From the NCBI RefSeq assembly GCF_006345805.1, contig NC_042999.1, forward strand, positions 152,086,001 through 152,150,000: a stretch of 64,000 nucleotides of DNA, written 5' to 3'. The stretch comes from Octopus sinensis. Its lineage: Eukaryota. The translations under genes were made by a program, and so were the position numbers. Below are positions 52,881 to 64,000 of this stretch, one piece after another (position 1 is the stretch's first letter; each line of letters begins with the position of its first letter). The notes beneath the pieces are model-generated. The model was not told the DNA's origin. It searched no databases and saw only the letters and a program-made list of their open reading frames with translations.

Positions 52881-53140
52881 GTATGTATATATATATTTAT
52901 ATGTATATGTATGTATGTATATATATATTTATATATATATATATGTATGTATGTATGTATATATATATTTATATGTATGTATGTATGTATGTATATATAT
53001 ATTTATATGTATATGTATGTATATATATATTTATATGTATATGTATGTATGTATATATATATTTATATGTATGTATGTATATATATATTTATATGTATAT
53101 GTATGTATGTATGTATATATGTATATATGTGTGTATATAT
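52881..53140. repeat. Compound microsatellite with recurring gtatatatatatttatat unit
   Basis: About seven recurrences of (ta)n-ttta separated by variable (atgt)/(atatgt) blocks. Explains the spurious ORFs 52741-53369. Confidence 0.85.
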
Positions 53141-54950
53141 ATATATGTTTGTGTGTGTGTGTAAACACTACACACACACATACACACACACATATATAGT
53201 AAAAATGCGTAATAGAAATGCTAAATGTGATAAATATCCATTTGGCAAGAAATTTAAACTTTTTTTTAATTGCTTCATTAGAATTTACGTCTCTAAATTT
53301 CTTACTTATTTCTGCACATATAGCAGCTTTTTGTTCTTCACATGAAATTAATTTCATTTTTCTGTTCAACGTTTATGCACATTATTTTAAACAATTGTAA
53401 TTATATATGGATCAATAAGTGAATTGTCTGTCGAGAGATTAGTTTTACACCAATATTATCTTTCTCTGTTGACCGACATCAAAAAGTAAAAATTTAAACG
53501 TCATCTTTTAAGTTTAAAACAATCACTTGAGGAGTCATTTAAGGGGAAATAATTGTCCCATAAAAAAAACATCAATTGACACATTTTGATGGCTTTTAAT
53601 GCTCTCTCTCTCCCTCCTTTCCTGTTTCACACACATGCATATATACACATATACACACCAGATTTTGTACATGTGTTTTTTGTAGCTGTGTGGTAAGAAG
53701 TTTGCTTCCCAACTTCATGGTTCCAGGTTCAGGCCCATTGTGTGGCACCTTGGGTATGTTTCTTCTATTATAGCTTTGGGCTGACCAAGGACTTGTGAGT
53801 CGATTTGGTAGATAGAAACTGAAAGAAGCTGTTGAAAGATACACACTCACACACATGTATGTATACTGCAGTTATTATGCAAATGTGTCCTAAGTCCAAA
53901 ATATTGCTTTTTCAGGAAACGAAAAAATAGTTTCACCATTCCATAGAATCGATTTGCTCAATTAAAGGCGGTGCTCCAGCATGGCCACAGTCAAAGGACT
54001 GAAATAAGTAAAAGAGTAAAAAGAGAGTAAAGAGAGGTCAATTAAAGAAAAAATTATTAAAATTTATAGAGGGAAGTCAGTTAGGAGCTGCGAGAAGGAT
54101 GCTTGAGGGCTACAATCAGTCCTCACATCTGCAGTTGAGAACCACTGATGTAGAGGCTTCTTTGTGGGTTTGTGATCGTTGTCCTTTAGTCACGGTTGCA
54201 GCAGTGTTGGTGGTGTTATGTCTGAATAAAAGTCAGGATGGTCTAAGCAACAATACCATTTACAACAATAAAGGAGCCTCATTTGGTGTAGCTTACTTAA
54301 CCTGCTAAAAATAGCTGTCAGATCTCCCTCAAATAATGCACCTTATCGAGTTACAAAAAAGAAATGACAAATTTGATGTATTATGTCTGAAAACAGTAAG
54401 ACAGGATGCTATTTTTGTAAGCTTCTGTAAAATCATTGATTTTTTTTTTTTGAAGTCTTTATGTCATGGTGATTTGAAATGTTTTAACCTTCATAGGTTT
54501 CAATAATAATTTATTACCAGTAGTTTCTATGGAAATTTCTTGTTTACTTTAAAGACTATAACATTCTTGAAAGTTTATACAAAACCATGGAATGCATAAT
54601 TTCTTTTGAAATTATATTTTTTTCTGAAATGTTTTATATGCGAAATGGTGTAAAATCTGCAAAGTTTGCACTACTGAGTTGCAGTCTTAGACAAGAACAT
54701 CTTTGAAAATTATATTCTCTCTTACCTTTTTTACTTTATCTTTATATCAAAAAATATGATCTAGAGAAAATACTGGTTCACTTTCCTTCGCCTTTCCTTT
54801 ATTTGCTGTTATTAAAATTACTGAAAATGTGTTGAAAGAATCTTGTTTTAATCCTTTAGTGTTTGAACTAGCTAATATTTTCAAACTAGCGATATCAGGC
54901 TTCTCACACCTAACTTGTAATGAGATTATATAAAAAAAAAAAGCAATCAC

Positions 54951-55342
54951 GGAGAGGCTGTGTGGTAAATAGCTTGCTTACAAAGCACATGGTTCTGGGT
55001 TCAGTCCTACTGCGTGGCACCTTGGGCAAGTGTCTTCTACTATAGCCTTGAGCCAACCAAAGCCTTGTGAGTGGACTTGGTAGATGGAAACTGAAAGAAG
55101 CCTGTTGTATATATGTATGTATGTGTGTGTGTATATGTTTGTGTGTCTGTGTTTGTCCCCCCAACATCGCTTGACAGCCGATGCTGGTGTGTTTACATCC
55201 CCGTAACTTAGCGGTTCTGCAAAAGAGACTGATAGAATATGTACTAGGCTTACAAAGAATAAGTCCTGGGGGGTCGATTTGCTTGACTAAAGGTGGTGCT
55301 CCAGCATAGCCGCAGTCAAATGACTGAAACAAGTAAAATAGT
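54951..55342 (+). mobile_element. SINE family A, full length
   Basis: Colinear with 43165-43563; box B-like ggttcagtcc present. Confidence 0.9.
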
Positions 55343-57871
55343 ACATCAACAAGTCTGAAGCCTACAAGATAATGCATGATTAATTCAAGACGATCATGAT
55401 CTTCATCGTTTAATGTCCATCTTCTAATCAGGCATGGGTTGGATGGTTTGACGGTAGCTGGCAAGACAGAGGACTGCACCGAGCTCCACTGCCTGGTTTA
55501 GCATGGTTTCTACATTTGAATGCCTTTCCTAATGCCAATCACATTACAGAGTGAATAAACAAGCATTACATTTGACCAAGTAACTGATTACCCAAGGGTC
55601 AAACAACCTTAAATCTGGAACAAAACTAACAACATAATCATTGAATAAAATGTTTGAAGTATGACTGCATTAGAAAAGTTTTAACAAACTCTAATATGCT
55701 GTGCTGTGTCTTTTTATTTTTTTTTTCATGTAATTACATCGACCCCAGTACGTAACTGGTACTTAATTTATCAACCCTGAAAGGATGAAAGGCAAAGTTG
55801 ACCTCAGCGGAATTTGAACTCAGAACATAAAGACAGACGAAATACTGCTAAGCATTTTGCCCGACATACCAACGTTTCTGCCAGCTAAATAATATGAATG
55901 CTTTGTGTAATATAGATTCTTTGAATTCGTTCTATACATAGATTGGTTTTAATTAAACATCAAAGGAAAAATCTTCATCTGTGACTTTCATCACACACGC
56001 TCATACATAGGCAAACATTTGGTGACTTTTATCACACCCTTAGAATGGTTTCACTGGGAAGTCAGTCACTAGCAGACTGTTTGGCTGGGAAGAAAAATCT
56101 GCTGGGAAAATCCTCCTCATCATTAATATCATCATTATCATCATTCTTTATATCTGCTTTTCCATGTTAAAAAATGGGTTGGGTAAAATGCAGCTGGGAA
56201 ATATCATAGAACTGTTATATATTATGTAACACACATGCATGTGTGTTTGTGTGCGTGTGACCAAGAGAAAAAGACAGAGAAAGAGGGAGAAAGAGTATGG
56301 AATAAAGGAAATAGTTGTGTCTCTTTTCTCTCTCCTCCAATTTTTCAACAAAATGATCAAAAAATTGTTATGCACTTGCAAAATACTTCTGCACAAAATA
56401 TTCATTTATTTTAAGCTTTATTAAATTACCAACTTAATTATAATTATAATTAATATTAGAGAAAGTTTTGTTTCTGCTATATTAAAAAAAAAGCCCTAAA
56501 ACAATATTTCTGTCTCTTGTGTTCTTATTTTTCATTTGAAAATATCTAGAAATCTACAAGAAAAATTTTAATGAAATTTTGTTATTTTAATCTGCTAATA
56601 AGTGTTATCTCAGCATTTACTGAATAAATCAGCTCATGAAGAAATTTATTCAAAAATTTCTTCTTATATTAACAGTATAGCTGCTAATACTATAGTGGTA
56701 CTAAGAACTCCAGTATCAGCAATATTTGAGAACATATATACTTCTTTGTATGTTTGTTATCTTCTGTTTCTCAGCAGTTAGTGAAGTTCTGGAACACATC
56801 TACATTTAGGAAAGACATCACATACACATATACATATGCACCCCCAACACACACACACATATATGAAAAACACATCATTTATATATATATATAGTTGGAA
56901 AAAGCATTACATCATTATCGTCGTTTTATCATCCACTTTTCCATTATGTATGTATGTATGCATGTATATATGTGTGTATGTATGTATTAATGAAAGTAGA
57001 AAATTAAATTAATAATGATACTAGCAGTGGCATCCGGACTGTTTTCTTAAAATTCACACTGTAAAAGTTGTTAGTATGTTTTCTAAGAAGTTGTTTACTT
57101 TGCTCCTTCAAGACTGATTCCACCTCCAAATAAAGAAAGTTCTGTTGACTCATATCTCAACAGAGCTGGAACTCATAGATAAAACCACTAATATGTGAAG
57201 ATATTAAACTAAATATTTCTATGCTCGAAAAGAGATTTTATTTATTTACTTATTTCTTCATTTGCTTATTCTAAATTCTTGTTGAGCCCTTCATTTATCT
57301 TTTAAGCCTTTTGGCACCAGTGTATATAATTCGGCATATCTATATATGTTGCAGTTATCACCTTCAGTACTGTAATTTAAGATGTCAGGGAATAAATGAG
57401 GTGAAAAAGAAGATAGAGACAGAGAGATAGAGCTTGTTGTTAACCTGAAATTTCAACTGATTTGGGTTAATATTTTAGGAAGCAACTGCTAAGTAACTAA
57501 TCCTTCCTGAACCACAGGAATATGTAGTACTATTTGGTGCACAACTGTGGTTTTGTAGCATTAAGTGAATAAGAATTAACATTTCCCTAGATGGAATGCT
57601 GATCTGATATAGAGAGCATTTTTCTTGTGGGTGCCAACTGAAGTTATATTCTGCAACACTTATTTATTACTAGATGAAATGGAGCAGCAGTGAGTTAAGT
57701 ATGTTGGAAATACCCCAGTCCTGGGAAAAGTGTACAAATTTACAGCCCGTCAGCTGGTTATCCAATATTACATTAATTCTGCTATTTGCAGAAATGGTTC
57801 CATATGGTACAGAATTAACCATGAAGTCATGAAGCAAGCAATAACATAAGAAATGTATTAACTTGTTTTAA

Positions 57872-58263
57872 CCCTTCAGCATTTAAACCATCCATATCTA
57901 GCCCAAATATTCTTCCTGTTTTATATTAAAACCTGCCAGATCTGACCTCTCACACCTACCCTACAATGCCATTCTAAAACTAAACAATCACATCAAAATC
58001 TTGAAGCTGCAAGATAAAGCATGATTGTGCTAGTTCCACATAAAAAGCACTGGTGATGGTGCCACATAGAAGCATCCAGTACACCCTGTAAAGTGGTTAG
58101 TGTTTGGAAGGGCATCCAGCTGTAAAAACCAAGCGAAAACAGTCCATGGCACCTGGTGTGGCCCCTTGTCTCGCCAGCTCAGAAAATGGACGTTAACTGA
58201 TGATGATGTTGAATGTGAAAAAATAAGCGTTACCTTTTGCAGAGTAATCTGAATGCTAAAGGG
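57872..58263. mobile_element. piggyBac-type MITE containing a nested family C fragment (58027-58208)
   Basis: TTAA on both sides (57868-57871, 58264-58267); TIR cccttcagcattta / tgaatgctaaaggg. Confidence 0.75.
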
Positions 58264-58646
58264 TTAAGAGAAGTGATGTACTCTTCCCTTGTAAAGGAGA
58301 AACTCTAATGCTGTCTTCTTTATTCATTTTCATTTTGTACAAAGTATCTACAGCTAACTGTCACTCATGGTGTACCAAACTTTTGCTAATTGTTTTAGAT
58401 GCCTATACAGGCATGAGCAGATGTGGACATTCTCTCAACCCTCTCATCCTTGACCAAGTGGTGCCACACCTATGATGTGACCAGTGGAGAGAGAGCAGGG
58501 AGAGAGAGAGGTACATCAGCAACTAGTTGTGTAAACTGGAGCAGCATGTGTCCTTGGTGTGCTCAAGGACACAATATACTGCTTTGACCAGGAGTTGAAC
58601 CCTTGTCTTTACAATTGTGTGTCAAACATTCTAGGATGAGTTTTAA

Positions 58647-58866
58647 CCCTTTTGTTACTGTATTTATTTTGAGATGCTCTGTGTTTCTTTCAATTACTTT
58701 AAATATAACAAAGAATTTAGAAAAATAACTTAGTTATCATTAAGCTAGTGTTAGGAACATAAATTCTGACTAAAGTTTGGTGGAAGATCTTAATTTAAAA
58801 CTTATGAAAACAAGACATTTGTACTCAGAGCCAGAGCCGGTTTCAGCCGGGTTGGTAACGAAAGTG
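58647..58866. mobile_element. piggyBac-type MITE
   Basis: TTAA|cccttttgttac ... gtaacgaaagtg|TTAA; closely similar to 62345-62566. Confidence 0.8.
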
Positions 58867-59351
58867 TTAACTTCAAAAATTTTTAACCAGATTATCTCTG
58901 CTTTGGTGAATTGAACCTTAGTCTCTTACATAGCATGAGAAGAATAGTTATCACAGCTTTCACTTGTATCAAGTGCGAAATTGTTGATACATTAAATGTT
59001 CACATCATTACAGAATGAGTAGACGTTTGTCTCTGAAGGATTTCTTCATGAAACCTGACTAGATGAGAGAATATATATATATATTAGCTTTAACTAGAAC
59101 ATAATAATATATGTCTGAAGAGGATCTGACAATAAAATCAGTGGTTATAATTCATCCTTCAGTTCTTGTTGTAAGATCTTACATTACTCTGGTGTTTGAT
59201 CAACCATTTCCCATGATATTTATTAAAGCTAAAATTGGAGGAATGATAACTGAGATCTACCAATATAGCGCAATTAAGAAATCTAATGACTAACTTTCCA
59301 TTTTTTCACTGCAGTAAATAACAGACTCGTTAGAATATATTAATGCTTTAA

Positions 59352-59544
59352 CCCTTTTGCTAATACATTTCAGTTAATTAATTTTTTTTAATAATGAAGA
59401 ATTTAGTAAAATAATTATGTCCTAATTAATCTGGTGTTTAGAACATAAATTAACATAGTGGATGGTTTTAATTAAGTTCACTTTAAAACAGGAAGCTTGT
59501 TTCATACAATCAGGGTGGTCTCAGGTGGGTTGGTATGAAAAGGG
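59352..59544. mobile_element. piggyBac-type MITE
   Basis: TTAA|cccttttgcta ... ggtatgaaaaggg|TTAA. Confidence 0.75.
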
Positions 59545-60399
59545 TTAATAATATGAAGTAACTAGTTTTAATCATGAAAAACTTTAAATTAAGTTTGAAA
59601 TAGTCACCACCATAAAGCAGCAACATACTTGTCAAGGAATTGGTTCAGTACTAAATCATTGATCATTTTCTTGATATTGATTCTCATTATAGTTAATTGA
59701 AGCCAGACCAGCTCAGAGACTTTATGAAAGAGGGAGCAGGATGTCAGCTGGAAAACACACTCATTATATTTTAAGAGAGAAACTATCACCTCGGCTACTC
59801 CATGCTTTCCTAGTTATCTTTCTTTGCTTTGTTCCATTATTTAGTCAGTCTTGTGAAATCATTGAGGTTGCGGTTCAGCTTGAAGATTAGCAGGATGATG
59901 TCTGTAGGGAAATCATGGGTTGGAAGGAAAGAATTTCAGAAGTCTGCTGTTTTTGTAGGAGGAATCATTATTTAGTATTGTGTATGGCATGTGAGGCACA
60001 ATAAAGATGGTGATAAGAAGTGAGTTAGATGGAGCTGGGTGGAGATAATACACATCTTGCTAGTTTAGGCTGTTGTTGTAGTAGTTAAACAGACAGACAA
60101 ATAACAATGTGGTGTGTTGCAGACATTTATTTTAAGTAATCTACAATTTTGTATATGTAACAAAAGCACTGTCCCAGATATCTAAGTCGGTAGTATGGTA
60201 ATTGTAACATTCTGAGATGCACTGCAGGTTTTATAGACAGAGAGTTATCTCCCTTGCTGGACATTGTTAACAGATCATGGTAAGAACTGGGAGACGATAT
60301 AAATGGTGGTTTCCTGAAATGTGTGGGGAGGAATCTTTGCCATGAGATTCCTTGTGCTATGGCAGAAGTCAGACGCTGATACGCAATGTTCATTGTTGT

Positions 60400-60560
60400 A
60401 TCTTTTCTTCTATGGATGAAGTTACCCAGACAACAGTCTAGTCGGTCATTACTCATTGACATGCTTCCACTCCTTCCAGCTCTTCAGAAGTTTCAGTAAT
60501 AACGATTGTACTTGAGTTTTGTAGAGAATTGGTGCCTTCATTACCCCTTCTGTTATCATA
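60400..60560 (-). mobile_element. Possible decayed hAT transposase dimerisation domain
   Basis: Two frames joined by a frameshift give LLKLLKSWKEWK / MSMSNDRLDCCLGNFIHRRK, loosely like hAT L..LK.WLRS.MS.DRL..L....IHR. No TIRs found. Confidence 0.3.
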
Positions 60561-61824
60561 TTTTTGTTGAAATACACTGTCTCTGTTTCAGTTAAGTTTG
60601 AAAGTAATGAAAACTTGAGTAGAATAACTGTTGTCATTTAGCAGATGTTTAGAATATGAATTAACATGAAATCTTGAAAGGAGATTATAATTTAAACTAG
60701 CTGGCCCTGTGCTGTCAAAAATGATGGCTAATTGTAGTATTTTATATATAAATATGGATGGTAAATCAAATTAGTAGAGATTGTCTTGTGAGATACGATA
60801 TTGATCATCATTTGTTACTGAAACAACTCTGGTTCACACAAATATTCACATATTTCCCTTGTACATGCACACACATACACACATATACTCACACAAAGTT
60901 GAAACGCTATTTGATTTTTCTTATCAGCATTGAATGTTCACCATCCCACTTCTCATTGCACACACACACACACAAACACTCACAGACTTCCCTTTTACAT
61001 ACACACACACACTCACACATATACTTACAGAGTTGAAACACTGTTTGATCTTTTTTTCACCGTAGAATTTCCATCATCCCACTATCAAGTTTGTTATTAC
61101 CCCTTCCTTTGTCATTCATATGTTGTGACAGAGAAAAACACGAGTATTATTATAGTCGACTACTTCAAAAGGCGATATTTGCATCGTAGAACTAAGTGCA
61201 GTTTTAGGTACATTGGCATCAAAAAGGTTTGGAGCAAAATATTTCCTGTCCTCAAAGACAAAATTTAATCTTTGGGATGCAGTTTTGATAATGTTATATA
61301 TGTGAGGTTACTATAAATGTTAGCCTCATTGTCTATTATGATCTCTCATAGTGATCTTATCAAAAACTGCATAAAAAAGCTAAATCTCCTTGTGTGTCTG
61401 CGGAGTGCTCAACCACTTGTATGTTAATGTTATGAGCTGGCTGTTCTGTTGATCGGATCAGTTAGAACCTCCATTGTTGTCCAACCGAGTGCCAGTTTGG
61501 TTTTTATAAAAGTCTGGTTATGGTAAAACTATCTTTTGCTTGGAAATAGGTGAGGGTTGATGACAGGAAAGGCACCTGGTTGCAAAATATCTGCTTCAAC
61601 AAGTTCTGTGTCACCCATGCGAGTATGGAGATGTGGACATTAAAACAATGATGATGATGATGGTGGTGTTTTATATATACTAAAAATAACTAACATTGGT
61701 GCTCTAGTATGGCTGCAGTTCTTGAGGTGAAACTAGTTAAAGAGTGTACCACTTAAGTAACACATTCCTGGAAAAAAAAACCCCTGTATTATGATGAACT
61801 AGGAAGATAGAGAGTGAGAGAGAT

Positions 61825-61864
<40 letters not shown>

Positions 61865-62344
61865 ACACAAACACACACATACAGAAAGACAGAGAGGGAA
61901 GGAGGGTGGGAAAGATTCCTAAATCCACAGAGTTTCTTTTTACTGCAAGATTCTCTGTAAGAAAATGGAAAGAATCTGTTTGCAGTGTAGTATCAAAGAG
62001 TTCTTAGGCATAACACTACTGTATTTTGTAGGTACTCTAACAGATTAGAATTTTCTCAGGAGAGGGATAGACATTAAAGAAGAAAAAATACCATCATCCC
62101 ATGAAGCAATACAAACAGAATGACCTTGCTAACAGGACAACCTTGGAAAGTTCTTATCAGATGAAAAAAATAAGAAAGTCAGATATTTATGGTACACAAT
62201 GAGAATCCTATGACATGCTTTGATGATATTTCTATTTCAGTGAAGGGATATCGTCAGCTAAGGAAAAAAATCATAGAAATAGTTGACATGGGAAGTCATT
62301 TCAGCAAGTGAGATTACTAGCTATTATTATTGAAATAAGTTCAA

Positions 62345-62566
62345 CCCATTTGTTACTGTATTTATTTTGAGATGCTCTGTGTTTCTTTCAATTAATTTTA
62401 AATGTAACAAAGAATTTAGTAAAATAACTTAGTTATCATTAAGCTAATGTTGGGAACATAAATTGTGACTAAGGTTTGGTGGAAGATTTTAATTCAAAAC
62501 TTATGGAAACAAAACATTTGTACTACAGAGCCAGAGGCAGTTTCAGCCGAGTTAGTATTGTAAGGG
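62345..62566. mobile_element. piggyBac-type MITE (same subfamily as 58647-58866)
   Basis: tcaa|cccatttgttactgtatttattttgagatgctc ... gtattgtaaggg|TTAA. Confidence 0.8.
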
Positions 62567-64000
62567 TTAACCAGGGTTAACCTTTTGATAGTAGTCTGTC
62601 TGAAACTGCCTCTCACTCAAAGATTCAAAACCTTTTGTTTTAAAGGACTTTCTATCTATATTAAAAGCTTCCAATATAACAAAAGACTCATGCTCTCAAC
62701 TACTACCCTCATATAACAATCTATCTGTACCTCATCATACTTTGCCTTCTGTCATCATCTCACATGAACTCATCTCACTCTCTCCCAATCTCCTTTCAGT
62801 CATGAGAACTCATTTGTCTTTCTTGCAAGTTACAAGGTAACCTCATGAGTGCTGGTGCCATAGAAAAAGTATTTGCCAGACTTTGTAAAGTGGTTGGCAT
62901 TAGGATAGGCATTACAGTTGTGGAAACTTTGCGAAAACCGAGATACTGGAGTCCTGCACCTTGTCAGACCTTGTTGAGTGTCCAACCTATGCCAGCATGT
63001 TAACTGGATAAATGGTGGTGGTGGTGGTAGTGGCAGTAGCAGCTATTGTACCAATTCCAGTTGAAGTACGAGGTTGTTAGTTCTTTTACTAAACAGTTTT
63101 AAAATGTTGTTTATTTTTTCCAGTTAACTGAAATATGGTCATAGAAGGGTTGAATATCCCCTATAATGACAAGTTACCAACTCTTACTGGATTGTGACAT
63201 TATAAAGGGGAAAATTGAAACCTTACATCAGAAATGAAAATTCTTGAATTCTAACCTAGATTATTGACAATTAGAAAATATACCATTGTAACCATATTAC
63301 TACTTCATAATATAATGTTAATAGATTTAAATAATCAAATTATACTAAAATATTTTCTAATATTATCACTTTTAGATTTCTCTCGTGGACAGATGTGAGA
63401 AAGATATGAACATTGAAACTTTGGAATAGGTCATTAGGGAGACGTTGAGAGAGGAACATGTTCTAAACCAATTCTTAACTTCTTTACTTTAAATAGCATA
63501 AATTATATTGCATCCAGAAATAATGAGCTAACCTCTGTTCAGTTTGTTAAAGAAAGTAGCAGCTGACTATTCTGCAAACCACACTCTCTTGACTAAGATA
63601 AAGAAAGATGTATTGTCCATTGGACAAAGTATAATTTTTGATATTTCAAAAACTGACATGGTCGTGTCTGGAATATTTTGCTTCTCCTGAGCTGACCTGG
63701 GGCTAAACAACATCAACAGCAACAACATAAATATGACAATGTAGAAAAGTTATTGGATAGAGCTTATGAACTTATGCAGTGTGTTATGTTTGTTGAATTC
63801 TAATTTCCAGTTAATAGTTGCTTAAACTTTGTAAAATCAATGATTCTGGTTAAGTAACTTTTATCGGTCTCACTGAAGCAGCAAAAATACAGGTTAGAGC
63901 TTTCATATGACCTCTATTATGTAACAACCACATCTCTCGATTAGCTTACAACTAACTAATTGTTGGAAACCACATGTGACATTATTTAAAGCCTAGGGCA

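Noticed and set aside
52741-53369. YI/CV/HT-rich ORFs here and at 2438-2751, 5353-5697, 19112-19409, 36157-36354
   Set aside because: Translations of (TA)n/(CA)n/(ATGT)n microsatellites.
54810-54920. LRR-like peptide SLKILASSNTKGLKQDSF
   Set aside because: Spacing does not fit LxxLxLxxNxLxxL; single occurrence.

Overview
AT-rich, repeat-dense eukaryotic (animal) DNA with no prokaryotic gene architecture, no rRNA/tRNA genes and no CRISPR array. The dispersed repeat families (tRNA-headed SINEs with a CORE-like ccttgggcaag segment, (GAT)n-tailed retroposons, heavy (TA)n/(CA)n/(ATC)n microsatellite load) look to me like those of an Octopus (coleoid cephalopod) genome; that is an inference from recall, not a search result. 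I cannot identify any host protein-coding gene: almost all ORFs in the track are microsatellite or SINE read-through, and the window is best read as a very large intron or intergenic region. Supportable content: dozens of SINE copies of at least four families; two Tc1/mariner transposase relics (one DD37D/maT-type with both TIRs); three hAT-type MITEs with 8-bp TSDs; five TTAA-flanked piggyBac-type MITEs; Penelope-like relics carrying minimal hammerhead ribozyme motifs; a 42-copy 26-bp minisatellite with a 10-unit higher-order repeat; a ~1.4-kb ~99%-identical tandem duplication; and three non-SINE fold-back structures. The most interesting signal is a textbook recursive-splice (ratchet) site on the + strand (90-nt AG-free, pyrimidine-rich run + CAG|GTAAGT, with a cryptic downstream donor). 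It lies inside the duplicated unit, about 870 nt downstream of a hammerhead motif. It is a candidate and needs RNA data to confirm.
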